Virus record (IMG/VR): IMGVR_UViG_3300046467_000379
Coordinates: 2,942-66,941 of that record
Source of the DNA: a virus
Strand: one strand, 5' to 3'
DNA: 64,000 bases
Of this stretch, positions 17,561-26,735 are shown in pieces. A program made the position numbers and the translations under genes. The notes beneath the pieces are model-generated. The model worked only from the letters and a program-made list of their open reading frames with translations. It was not told the origin of the DNA and ran no database searches. Position 1 is the first letter of the stretch, and each line of letters begins with the position of its first letter.

Positions 17561-18053
17561 AAGTAACCCCTGGAGAGATGCGAAGGGCCACAATTCTGGA
17601 AACTGTGTGGTAGGCCGAAGTATACGCACTAAGCACACCAGACATTTTCACATATGTGGCTTCTTGTTCAATAATTTCTCGACTCAACTCACGTAACTGT
17701 GGGTAGTTAGCTAATGCTGCCCCACGAACCTCATCCCTAGTTAACTTTTTCTTACCCTCTGATTCCCTATCCTCTGCCATTTTATATCCAGCAGTTGCAT
17801 ATCCTTCATCAAACGCTGCTTTTAACGCATTCTTACCAGCTTCAATATCAGCTACCCTAGATTCTAAATATGCTTTATACCCACCATATAAAGTTAAAAA
17901 CTCTTCTAACGTTTTGGAATCAGCATTCATCAAATTTGCAAATTCTAAGTTGGGTTGTTCACTTAAATCCGTCTTAAACGGAGGAACCATTAACTCATCT
18001 ATAACCCTATTCGCTTTCCCCAACGCCTTCATTGGTGTCCACTTCTCTACCAT
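17553..18053 (-). CDS. Putative UvsY-like recombination mediator (helical coiled coil)
   Basis: All-helical 166-aa protein in the RecA/Cas4/RuvC cluster; assignment from context and composition. Confidence 0.45.
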   Translation of the reverse strand: MVEKWTPMKALGKANRVIDELMVPPFKTDLSEQPNLEFANLMNADSKTLEEFLTLYGGYKAYLESRVADIEAGKNALKAAFDEGYATAGYKMAEDRESEGKKKLTRDEVRGAALANYPQLRELSREIIEQEATYVKMSGVLSAYTSAYHTVSRIVALRISPGVTYG

Positions 18054-18738
18054 TAGCATCCTCCTCATATTTTCTACAGGCACACCAAACGGCCCCCGTA
18101 CAGCTTTCAGGGATTTCTGTAGCATCCTGTATTTTCTTACATCGCTTCACTAAAGCATTCCATTCTTTGGGGCTTCGTTCCACTTTAAAGGCCTTTAATT
18201 TTTGGTCATTCTTATTTTCATAGAGAACGATGCCATACGGTTTATCCATCAACTGCAAGTATACTTGTAATTGAATACCGTGTTCAACCTTTGGTTTTCC
18301 ATAGAGATTTTTAAAGCCTTTATCATTAATTGATTTCAACTCTAACACTACTTCAGTATGTTCTTCATGAGCCAGTAAGAAGTCTGCTCGTCCTGAAATA
18401 GGGGGGTCATCACATTTAAGGGGTATTTCTCGTCCTTTTAAAATCCCCATCTGTTCAAAATATTTTGTCATTCTATCTTCTAAAGAAGACCCCGTGTCAA
18501 AAATCCGTTGGGTTCCACTACTAATCACTTGTTGAGGTAGAACCCCTCTATATGCTAAGTACAAGTATCTATCACACTCATTCCCTAACATAGAGGGGTA
18601 GAACACTCCCACTCGACTACTCCTTTGTTCAGACCCCAACGTATCCTCAAACATTTTAAGGAGCCATTTATCTTGATTAGATGTGCGGCTACGAGTCTTG
18701 GTTTCTACTTGTTGGTTAAGTTGTTTAATGCCTGCCAT
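18007..18738 (-). CDS. Cas4-like PD-(D/E)XK exonuclease (phage solo type)
   Basis: YPSMLGNECDR, ISGRADF, VLELKS, QLQVYL, C-terminal Cys cluster CTGAVWCAC. Confidence 0.82.
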   Translation of the reverse strand: MAGIKQLNQQVETKTRSRTSNQDKWLLKMFEDTLGSEQRSSRVGVFYPSMLGNECDRYLYLAYRGVLPQQVISSGTQRIFDTGSSLEDRMTKYFEQMGILKGREIPLKCDDPPISGRADFLLAHEEHTEVVLELKSINDKGFKNLYGKPKVEHGIQLQVYLQLMDKPYGIVLYENKNDQKLKAFKVERSPKEWNALVKRCKKIQDATEIPESCTGAVWCACRKYEEDANGREVDTNEGVGESE

Positions 18739-19007
18739 AATGTATCCTTTACCCCTTGTTTAGTAGTATCTTTAATATGTAAAATATTCTCTATTCCAAA
18801 CACCCGCATAATTTCAGAGTCCCTATAGGTATCCCTCTTTCCCAAATGCCCATACACCCCATCCGCTTCAATAACAAGACCTAATTCAGGAACAAAGAAA
18901 TCAGCCGTATACTGATTTATAGGTACTTGTTGGTCATACCGCAGACCGAATTCGGACAATTGGTCTGCGATAAGGTTTTCTTGTTTAGTATAATCTCTAG
19001 GTAACAC
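18705..19007 (-). CDS. DUF559/Vsr-like endonuclease
   Basis: ENLIADQL..QVPINQYTADFF..LVIEADGVYGH..RD. Confidence 0.8.
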   Translation of the reverse strand: MLPRDYTKQENLIADQLSEFGLRYDQQVPINQYTADFFVPELGLVIEADGVYGHLGKRDTYRDSEIMRVFGIENILHIKDTTKQGVKDTLWQALNNLTNK

Positions 19008-19944
19008 AGGCTTTCAACTTCTCAAGTAAGTCAGTGTCTTTCAGAAATTGGTCTTTCAGCCCATTCATACCCATAGCTTTAGTTCCTTCATAATCATACC
19101 ACGGGCCTTTCTGGATAATCAACTTCTGTTGTATGGCTTCTCTAATGTAACTTTCTAGGATATCTATACCACCATTCACTCTAAAGGGAACAATCGCATT
19201 ACTCCAATTCTCCCCCCCTACCTTACTCTTACGTAATCTAACTTCCATATCGAACCCAACCTTATTTCCCTTACCCTCTTCAATCCATCCAGACCTTCTA
19301 ACCTGAAGCAAGAAGTGGGCAAAGAACCCTTGAGCTAAACCCCCAGGCATAGTATCTAAAGCTACAGGGCCAATACTTGACCTTACTTGATTGATAGCAA
19401 TAAAAGCTGACCCAGATTTTAAGTTGGGGAGAAGCCTGGGCAAAGCCGAATTCACAAACCTAGCTTGCCATGCCATAGGACTAAATTCAAAGCCCTTCTC
19501 ATTATCCTGCACATCTGATGGGACTAACCCTGCAATAGAATCCAAAACAATGATATCTACTCCTGCCCTCATAAGTTCTTTAGCTGTCCCTAAAGCCTCT
19601 TCTCCACTAGTAGGCTGAGATACCATCATACGTTCAGAGTCAATACCACACTTCTCTACCCATTCTGCATCCCAGGATAGTTCTGTGTCTATCCATGCAG
19701 CCGTTCCACCCTCTCGTTGAACATTTGCCACTACCTGGGAAGCAAGATAAGATTTCCCCACATTTGTAGGCCCATACATAATGGTCATGCGTTTCTTAGG
19801 GATACCGCCACCAGTAAGCTTATCTAGTGCGGGAATGCCAAAGGGAATCCGTGTATAATTAAAAGCCTCACTATTACCCTTTTGCAAATTTAGTTTTTTA
19901 TCACCCAATAATTGGGCAATTACTTCATCAGCAGTATTTTTCAT
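18997..19944 (-). CDS. recA: RecA/UvsX recombinase
   Basis: LDKLTGGGIP, Walker A GPTNVGKS, WIDTE, IIVLDSIAGL, INQVR; start ATG 19944. Confidence 0.92.
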   Translation of the reverse strand: MKNTADEVIAQLLGDKKLNLQKGNSEAFNYTRIPFGIPALDKLTGGGIPKKRMTIMYGPTNVGKSYLASQVVANVQREGGTAAWIDTELSWDAEWVEKCGIDSERMMVSQPTSGEEALGTAKELMRAGVDIIVLDSIAGLVPSDVQDNEKGFEFSPMAWQARFVNSALPRLLPNLKSGSAFIAINQVRSSIGPVALDTMPGGLAQGFFAHFLLQVRRSGWIEEGKGNKVGFDMEVRLRKSKVGGENWSNAIVPFRVNGGIDILESYIREAIQQKLIIQKGPWYDYEGTKAMGMNGLKDQFLKDTDLLEKLKACVT

Positions 19945-20128
19945 TCTTTGAAATTTCCTCCTTACACGCTTCAGCCAGAGCAAAACATATAGATGCTAAT
20001 TGAATATACTGTGTATATCCATATACTGGCTGTATTTGATTAGTAATGTTATTATCCCAAGATGTGTCTTGTCGTTCTCGTTCTAACAACACATCTTCTA
20101 ATACTTTAATCCTTGCTACTTCACTCAT
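19928..20128 (-). CDS. Small protein resembling a degenerate MazG-like pyrophosphohydrolase
   Basis: VLEDVLLERERQD..W and IQLASICFALAE flank a short core lacking the EExxE motif. Confidence 0.4.
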   Translation of the reverse strand: MSEVARIKVLEDVLLERERQDTSWDNNITNQIQPVYGYTQYIQLASICFALAEACKEEISKNEKYC

Positions 20129-20349
20129 GATGTACTACCAGCATCTAAGACCGTCTCAATCTTTTCATCTACCGCTTCCCTAACCACTGTCCATACTTGG
20201 TCTAGGGTATTAGATGCTTCATTCATCTGGTCTTTCACAGACAATTCAGTATCTATGTCCCTAACATCCACATCAATACGGCTGTACTGATTCGTCTCTA
20301 GTGGCCCTACCCTAAACGTAAACCCTAAATGTACACTTACTTTTGCCAT
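20125..20349 (-). CDS. Hypothetical protein (74 aa)
   Basis: ORF in operon with ATGA overlap. Confidence 0.65.
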   Translation of the reverse strand: MAKVSVHLGFTFRVGPLETNQYSRIDVDVRDIDTELSVKDQMNEASNTLDQVWTVVREAVDEKIETVLDAGSTS

Positions 20350-20352
20350 TCT

Positions 20353-20799
20353 TTACCCCCCATTTTCTAATTTTTTCTCCCACGCATACTTAACATGCTT
20401 CTTAATGTGCCCCTGCTTGATAGCCTCCGATGATGGGGGCTTCTTTCCGTAATGCCACCCATATTTCTCAGCTTCTTTTTTATCCCTACACAACTGCGAA
20501 TGTATCTCTTTCCCCCTTCTTTTCTTGCCACAACCTTCACAAAATACCGGCGTATTTAACCATTCATAATAAGCCTTGGCTTTTTGCCTTCCTCTATATG
20601 ACCTTTCCTTCTGGTCTGCTAATGCACGTTCCTTGCGTTTGGTTTCGTTATATTTATCTATATCCCAGTCATATAGATGCTGTAGATTTGGTTGCGCTTT
20701 GTGAGGTTTATTATGTTCCTCTAAATACTCTTTTAATGGGAGATGAGGATAGGCTGGTTCCTCCCATCTTTTAGCTTTGCCCCAATTTAATTTAGTCAT
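20353..20799 (-). CDS. Basic hypothetical protein with a CxxC..H..C zinc motif
   Basis: FCEGCG..IHSQLC; start ATG 20799. Confidence 0.55.
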   Translation of the reverse strand: MTKLNWGKAKRWEEPAYPHLPLKEYLEEHNKPHKAQPNLQHLYDWDIDKYNETKRKERALADQKERSYRGRQKAKAYYEWLNTPVFCEGCGKKRRGKEIHSQLCRDKKEAEKYGWHYGKKPPSSEAIKQGHIKKHVKYAWEKKLENGG

Positions 20800-20807
20800 A
20801 ATACCCC

Positions 20808-22787
20808 CTAATCCCAATCTATAGCTTCTTCTATTGTAACAGGTTTGGGGATATCAGTCAAGTATTTCTTGGTAGCCCAGGAAGGGTCACACACCTCAAC
20901 ATCAACCTTGAGCGGAATCCCCAAACTATTCTCTTCTAGTAATTTCTGTATTTCTGATGGTACGCTGTGTATTTCATCATCATGTATTTCACAAATGATT
21001 TCATCGTGGACTTGCAACAAGATACGACTCTGTTTGGTTTTAAGGTACTCATGGGTTCTAATCATCCTTTCATTTAAAATATCAGCACTGGTGCCCTGTA
21101 CTAAATAATTGACACCTTTATAGGCTAAATCCTCTGGTATTACATACTTTCTGCCATACCGATTCTTAACCCAACCCCGTGTACTCACGGTACGGGAAAC
21201 TTTATCTATGAAGGACTTTGAACCTGATATACCAGCAAAGTACTTCTTTTTGTATTGAAACGCCTCTTTTTCAGAGACATTTAATTGATTAGCAAGCCTT
21301 GCCTTCCCTATACCATAGATAACTCCAAACGTAATGTTCTTCGCCATCTGCCTATAAAACTTATATTCACTACTACTCTCTTCTACCCCAAAAGCAATTT
21401 TTGCGGCTTCACCATGAAAGTCTACATCTTCTCTTGCCAAGAGTGCATCAACGTCTTCATTGTGTAAATAACTCAGGAAGACCCGAACTTCCATCTGAGA
21501 ATAATCAAATGACACTAACCTGTACCCTTTTCTAGGAATAAACATTCTACGCATTGCTACCTGTTCTCTATCCTCAGGGTCAAAGGATTCGTCCCCCACA
21601 AAGCCCCAGGTGTCCAACACATGGTTACTAAGGTCTAAGACTGCACTAGTACCTTTGGCGGCTATAATGGCGTTTATACGGCCTCTCACGGTATTCCGTT
21701 CATCCTCTGTAAGTTCCCTATCCAGCAACTTGAAATGGGTTCTGGGGATGTTCTGGAGATTGGGTTCTTTAGAAGACAACCTACCTGTCAAAGTTCCCCA
21801 ATTACAGTACGAAGTATGCATTACAGGAGCATCTAAATACGGTTCCAGATAAGTAGATTTCAGTTTCTCTAATGCCCTATATTGTCTAATGTATCCTGCT
21901 AAGGGGTCATCTATCTGAACTAGTGCCAATTCACTCCAAGACTCTTTCCCCTTGGGAGTCTGAATAGATGACCTAATGCCCCTCTCATTCAGTAGTTCCC
22001 CCACTTGTTGAGAACTGTTTATATTAAATTCTTTATCTGCTAAATCATAAATTTTGGCTTCGACTTCATTTCGACGTTGGTCAATTCTTGTAATAGCATC
22101 TTGAACATATGCCGTGTCAATAGCAATGCCTTCATTCTCTAGAGAATATAGAACCTTAGTTAAATCAAATTCTAGATTCATAACATCAACTTGGTTACTT
22201 TCTACAATTTGTTTGAGGGTTTTAACGTAGAGCTTATGCGTCCAATATACATCTTGTTCACAATATGGCCCCAGTAGTTCAGGTGGGGATAAGGAGAAGT
22301 CTTTATGCCACTTATTAGAACGTAACTCCTTCTTCGTATCCTTATCGTAGGAAGCCGCCGCTTCCCCATATATCCTTTGAATTGTATGGGTTAGCCCCAA
22401 TTCTTTTACAGAAGCTGGTTCAGTTAAGCGAACCATGACAATGACATCAGCAAAAGTCACTTCCTCAGGCGGTTTATATCCTGCTTTCTCTAGAAACTTG
22501 AGGTCAAACTTAATGTTATACCCCACCAACATATCTGTCATCTCCAAGCATCTCATTAACCTACGCTGATGCGTTGGGTCTAGATTCTTTCCCTGCTGAT
22601 GCCTGAAGGGAAAATAATAGGTTTCGTCTTTATATCCAAGTCCCACCCCACATAGCTGATTACGTCCAAAGGCATCTAAGCCGTTTGTTTCCACATCTAC
22701 TACAAGGTGGCTTGACTCACTGTGGGCCAAATCTTTTTCAATTTGGCCCACGTATTCGTTAAATTTAGATGTGGTGTCAACCAACAT
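20808..22787 (-). CDS. polA: Family A DNA polymerase with 3'-5' exonuclease
   Basis: ExoI DVETNG, ExoII YNIKFD, ExoIII YCEQD; motif A DYSQMEVR, motif B RQMAKNITFGVIYG (Phe at the 762-equivalent), motif C LQVHDE. Confidence 0.95.
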   Translation of the reverse strand: MLVDTTSKFNEYVGQIEKDLAHSESSHLVVDVETNGLDAFGRNQLCGVGLGYKDETYYFPFRHQQGKNLDPTHQRRLMRCLEMTDMLVGYNIKFDLKFLEKAGYKPPEEVTFADVIVMVRLTEPASVKELGLTHTIQRIYGEAAASYDKDTKKELRSNKWHKDFSLSPPELLGPYCEQDVYWTHKLYVKTLKQIVESNQVDVMNLEFDLTKVLYSLENEGIAIDTAYVQDAITRIDQRRNEVEAKIYDLADKEFNINSSQQVGELLNERGIRSSIQTPKGKESWSELALVQIDDPLAGYIRQYRALEKLKSTYLEPYLDAPVMHTSYCNWGTLTGRLSSKEPNLQNIPRTHFKLLDRELTEDERNTVRGRINAIIAAKGTSAVLDLSNHVLDTWGFVGDESFDPEDREQVAMRRMFIPRKGYRLVSFDYSQMEVRVFLSYLHNEDVDALLAREDVDFHGEAAKIAFGVEESSSEYKFYRQMAKNITFGVIYGIGKARLANQLNVSEKEAFQYKKKYFAGISGSKSFIDKVSRTVSTRGWVKNRYGRKYVIPEDLAYKGVNYLVQGTSADILNERMIRTHEYLKTKQSRILLQVHDEIICEIHDDEIHSVPSEIQKLLEENSLGIPLKVDVEVCDPSWATKKYLTDIPKPVTIEEAIDWD

Positions 22788-23479
22788 TAAAACAAATCAT
22801 CCGCATCATCGCTAGAAGCAGTAGACACACCAGCCATTGCTGGGATTTGAGTAGTCTGACCACCATAACGAGACTTGAAGTACTCCTTAACAGTTGGCAA
22901 GTCTGCAATCTTCTCCTCTTCATCACTAGGAATTTCTTCCTGTCTGGCGGTGCCAGCTAGTTGGTAAGAGGTATCGAACATCCCCGTTCCTGTACGCTTA
23001 ATACGCATTACACCCTTATTCAGACCGTTCCAGTCATTGTAAATATCAACCAATTGGTTCCAAATATAGTCGCTACGCCCAAAGGTGAGGGAAACAATAC
23101 GGAAGTCATTAATTACTTCTTTATACAACTTCTTACCACCTGGGCCTTGAATTACTTCCCAATCATCGTTACGCCGTTCATTATGAATGATTTCATGGAC
23201 ATATGCCCAGAACGCAAACTTATGTGAAGGCCGTGTATTATCAGGAATTCCACTCTTATCTACATCAGGGTCATCCAATAAGTTCACCCACCGACTACCA
23301 GAATTATAGGTGTACATATACAAATCATCCAAGTTAGTGTCTCCCTCTTCCCCCGTAGCTACAGATGAAAGGAAGGCTTGGTCACCATCTCTAAACCAGA
23401 TTTCCCTGCCAGGGACTCCGCTACTACCGCCTTGACTCCGTGTTTCCCGTGCCTCTTGAATTCTTCCTATTCCACTCAT
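22787..23479 (-). CDS. Single-stranded DNA-binding protein (gp32-like)
   Basis: Between primase and polymerase; RIKRTGTGMFDTSYQL motif; acidic C-terminal tail DDADDLF. Confidence 0.72.
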   Translation of the reverse strand: MSGIGRIQEARETRSQGGSSGVPGREIWFRDGDQAFLSSVATGEEGDTNLDDLYMYTYNSGSRWVNLLDDPDVDKSGIPDNTRPSHKFAFWAYVHEIIHNERRNDDWEVIQGPGGKKLYKEVINDFRIVSLTFGRSDYIWNQLVDIYNDWNGLNKGVMRIKRTGTGMFDTSYQLAGTARQEEIPSDEEEKIADLPTVKEYFKSRYGGQTTQIPAMAGVSTASSDDADDLF

Positions 23480-23494
23480 ATTTTTCTCCTTTTA

Positions 23495-24358
23495 TTAAAA
23501 AAACGTTCTATTCTTTATGATACTTAAAAGTTCGTCGCTACTTCTTACATCCTGTACATCTTTGTACTCCTTTGGCAATTTCACATAGCTTACCACAAAA
23601 CTTTTAGACAAGCAACCCATCGCTTTATGGAATCCTATGCGTCCTGCCTCATCATTATCTAAGCATAACACCAGTTCTTCGGTGTGTAAACCCAATGTTA
23701 GTTCTTCTTGGGCTTTAGATAAAGATGCCCCTAATATGGCTACACTAGGACACCCATGCTGGTCTAGCCACATCGTATCTAAGGTACCTTCTGTAATGCA
23801 TACAAAAGGTGTTTTCTCTACTCTTAAATGTTGCCCAAACAACACCCTAGATTTTTTTAATCCCTTTGAATATAAATATTTTGGGGTCATGTATTGCCTA
23901 CGACTAACCCAACCAATTAAACGAGATGTGTCATCTTGAATGGGAACTATTAAACTGTTCTCACTATCTATCCCACACCCCCATTTATTAAGAGTGCGTT
24001 TATCAAACCCCCTATCAAATATCCATTCTGGCACATACCCCTGTTTGAAAGGGAATTGGACTTCAGGCATCATCATTTCATCTGGAGTAAACTCATCAAA
24101 TAAATTAATGTCGAACACAGAGATGTTAGACATAACTTTTTGTTGGGCTTCTTCATAGCTAATGCCTAGATACTTCATTAGAAAACTATACAGCGTTCCT
24201 TGACCACAGCCTGCAAAACAAATCCACACACCTTTCTCAGTGTTTATTGAACAGGAATCTACAGTATCTTCATGGAAAGGGCACTGAAGAGTGAACTGGT
24301 CTTTATCAATAGGGACAATAATCCCTATGTCTGCCAATATATTGGCCCACTCAGTCAT
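23495..24358 (-). CDS. dnaG: DNA primase (CHC2 zinc finger plus TOPRIM)
   Basis: CPFHED..CFAGC; ITEGTLD; LCLDNDEAG. Confidence 0.92.
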   Translation of the reverse strand: MTEWANILADIGIIVPIDKDQFTLQCPFHEDTVDSCSINTEKGVWICFAGCGQGTLYSFLMKYLGISYEEAQQKVMSNISVFDINLFDEFTPDEMMMPEVQFPFKQGYVPEWIFDRGFDKRTLNKWGCGIDSENSLIVPIQDDTSRLIGWVSRRQYMTPKYLYSKGLKKSRVLFGQHLRVEKTPFVCITEGTLDTMWLDQHGCPSVAILGASLSKAQEELTLGLHTEELVLCLDNDEAGRIGFHKAMGCLSKSFVVSYVKLPKEYKDVQDVRSSDELLSIIKNRTFF

Positions 24359-25596
24359 TAGAAATCGTCTGGGGCTTCGGCTATAAGACCATTATTAACT
24401 TGCCAATCTAATACTGCTGTATTCAATGGCATTAACCCATCTCTGTACTTTTGGAAAGCTAGAAGACGCTTTTCATTTTCATCTTCAATCATACACATAG
24501 ACATAACTACATCAGAAGCCCGTAACAATGCATCCCCAAAAGCTACTTGGTCTGCCATAGGCGGCATAAATACATCTGAAGCTTCTTTTGTCGCTTGTGT
24601 AGAAACAAACATAGCTGTGTTGGTGGATAAACAGATGTTTTTTAACCCATAAAATAACATGTGTGTCTGTTCCCACATAGCTTTGAAATTCTTACTAGAA
24701 TTAGTTATTAAGTAAACCCCATCAATCACTACAAAGTCTGGTACGTACTTCCGAATAAGGTTATGGATGCTTTCTAAAGATATACTGGACTCTCCCTCAA
24801 TGTGGTCACACACTAACAATGGAACATTCTCTAAGTTACGTAAAAACTCTTGATATGATTCTTCATCAATTGGATTACCATTACGTAAATCAGAATGAGA
24901 GAAATTATACCCCATAGCTTTACCCATAACTACATCGGTTCTCATATTCATTTGAGCGGCAGGCATTTCAGTGGAAATAAGTAGGGTTTTGTGCCCGTTC
25001 ATAGCCGCCGTAACCGCCGCTTGGACACACACCCAAGATTTACCTACTGATGGCCTAGCAAACAAAGAAACCATTTCGCCTGGAAGCCACCCTACTCCCA
25101 ACCTATTTACGGAATTGAATGGGGTTTTAATGCCCATAATTCCGTCCCCCATCCTACGTTTTTCAGTTCGTTTTTTCCAATCATCATAACGATTTTCAGG
25201 GTGATTGTTATAATACAACACATCTTCATCATAAATAACTGCAACATCTTGCAAACCGTGGTTTATTTGAGCCAACGCATGTTTCGGGTTTTCAGACAAT
25301 AACTCTTTATTCTCTTGAAAAACATTAATGACTTGCCTAAACAATACTTGGTTTTGAAATGTGTCTAAAGCATAATCAAAGTTGAGGTTTTGAGCAGAAG
25401 GGTTTAATGTAGGAAAGTTTTCACACAGTGTTTCAGGGGTGGGAACCTCTCCATAAGAATCATAATGTCCAGTAAGGAATTTATGTGCATCTCCATGTTT
25501 AGCAAAATCCTTACTGCTGTATTTAAATTTTCTAAAGGCTAATCGGTCAGTGAGTCCAAAAATAATACCAGATTCAACAAAGTCAAAGTTTTCCAT
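24358..25596 (-). CDS. dnaB: Replicative DnaB-like helicase
   Basis: ARPSVGKS, ISTEM, VVIDGVYL, QKYRDG. Confidence 0.92.
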   Translation of the reverse strand: MENFDFVESGIIFGLTDRLAFRKFKYSSKDFAKHGDAHKFLTGHYDSYGEVPTPETLCENFPTLNPSAQNLNFDYALDTFQNQVLFRQVINVFQENKELLSENPKHALAQINHGLQDVAVIYDEDVLYYNNHPENRYDDWKKRTEKRRMGDGIMGIKTPFNSVNRLGVGWLPGEMVSLFARPSVGKSWVCVQAAVTAAMNGHKTLLISTEMPAAQMNMRTDVVMGKAMGYNFSHSDLRNGNPIDEESYQEFLRNLENVPLLVCDHIEGESSISLESIHNLIRKYVPDFVVIDGVYLITNSSKNFKAMWEQTHMLFYGLKNICLSTNTAMFVSTQATKEASDVFMPPMADQVAFGDALLRASDVVMSMCMIEDENEKRLLAFQKYRDGLMPLNTAVLDWQVNNGLIAEAPDDF

Positions 25597-25611
25597 ATCT
25601 TCTCCAAACCA

Positions 25612-25836
25612 TTAAAGTTTAGATATTATCCTGTTAGAATCTCCATGTACATACACGTCTAGTGAATTTTGCTTGACTTCTTGCGCTTTATCTAAGGCGT
25701 CTTGCAAAGTTGTGTATGTTCCCCACAATTGGATTCCATCGGTTTGAATATCTACACTTATAACTCTATACTCTTCTTCCGTTGCTGTCAACCACTGTTT
25801 CCTTATCATCCCCCCACGGTGCGTTCTGCGTCTCAT
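25612..25836 (-). CDS. Hypothetical protein (74 aa)
   Basis: SD AAGGAG 6 nt before ATG. Confidence 0.6.
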   Translation of the reverse strand: MRRRTHRGGMIRKQWLTATEEEYRVISVDIQTDGIQLWGTYTTLQDALDKAQEVKQNSLDVYVHGDSNRIISKL

Positions 25837-26350
25837 TTAAAACTCCCTTAAATAATTTTGCCCGTACTGCTTGACGCACTTTATATGCGGGTTCACCCAA
25901 ATCTTCAGTAATTTCTTCCATAGTTAGTCCTTCTAATCGTAGTGTGATAAAAGCTTTTTCTATGGCATCTAACCCACACACGTCTACAAATTCTTTGAAC
26001 TCAACATCAATTGTGAAATCTGAAGGGTCAGTAAGAGCTTTTAAAATTTCGACTGATTGGCTAGGAAGGGACGCCATAAAGTCTAAGTTCACAGCATCTA
26101 GACTCACCGTTGCGGGGCTTTGTCTCTGACTTTTCGATAACAGAGTCCGAATCGTATTCGTCATGGCGGTATGTAAATAGGTATGAAAGACTACTCCACG
26201 GTCTTCTTCAAACCCTTTCGCTGCTTTTACAATAGCTAATCTTAATTCCTGAGCAACATCGTCTCTATCTAATCCCACCACATATACATTAGAAACCATT
26301 TTCTGAACTTTGGGTTCCCATTGCCTAATTAAATCATCATTAATTTCCAT
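25766..26350 (-). CDS. Phage sigma70-family (ECF-size) RNA polymerase sigma factor
   Basis: Region 2 DRDDVAQELRLAIVKAAKGF..FHTYLHTAMTN; region 4 LEGLTMEEITEDLG. Confidence 0.85.
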   Translation of the reverse strand: MEINDDLIRQWEPKVQKMVSNVYVVGLDRDDVAQELRLAIVKAAKGFEEDRGVVFHTYLHTAMTNTIRTLLSKSQRQSPATVSLDAVNLDFMASLPSQSVEILKALTDPSDFTIDVEFKEFVDVCGLDAIEKAFITLRLEGLTMEEITEDLGEPAYKVRQAVRAKLFKGVLNETQNAPWGDDKETVVDSNGRRV

Positions 26351-26363
26351 GCTGTTCTCCTAC

Positions 26364-26735
26364 CTAACCATCTTTACGTCCCTTATAATAACATGGTTGA
26401 CTACAGTATATCTTATTATACTTCCTTCTATGCCTCTGTGTCACCTCTGAACGCTTCAAATAAAAGTCTACATGACAAAATGAACAAGTAACTTTTATAC
26501 GATAGTAATTAAAGTGACAGGTGCCACTACAAATATTAACGCGAAGGCCGACAGGTTCGTTACATTGTTTGCACCTATTGAATTTCTTCTTCTTAGGAAC
26601 ACTAGTATTTAAATCTTCCTTCCTAAGAATTTTATGGACGTATTGTTTAGATACGCCCACTTCCTTTCCTATTTCCACAGAGTTCATTAATGGGTTCTCT
26701 GTACGAAGTTGTATTATTTGTTCTTTGCTAGACAT
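26364..26735 (-). CDS. HTH plus tandem Cys-rich (TRASH-like) zinc-finger regulator
   Basis: NSVEIGKEVGVSKQYVHKIL; CKQC, CSGTC, CSFC, YCSQPC. Confidence 0.7.
   Translation of the reverse strand: MSSKEQIIQLRTENPLMNSVEIGKEVGVSKQYVHKILRKEDLNTSVPKKKKFNRCKQCNEPVGLRVNICSGTCHFNYYRIKVTCSFCHVDFYLKRSEVTQRHRRKYNKIYCSQPCYYKGRKDG

Noticed and set aside
18007-18738. Cas4-like gene as evidence of CRISPR-Cas
   Set aside because: No repeat-spacer array or other cas genes; it sits in a RecA/RuvC recombination cluster as is typical of phage solo Cas4-like nucleases
12557-25596. Inteins or group I/II introns in nrdJ, terL, polA, dnaB, recA
   Set aside because: Proteins are of normal size and uninterrupted; the PolA insert lacks intein splice residues
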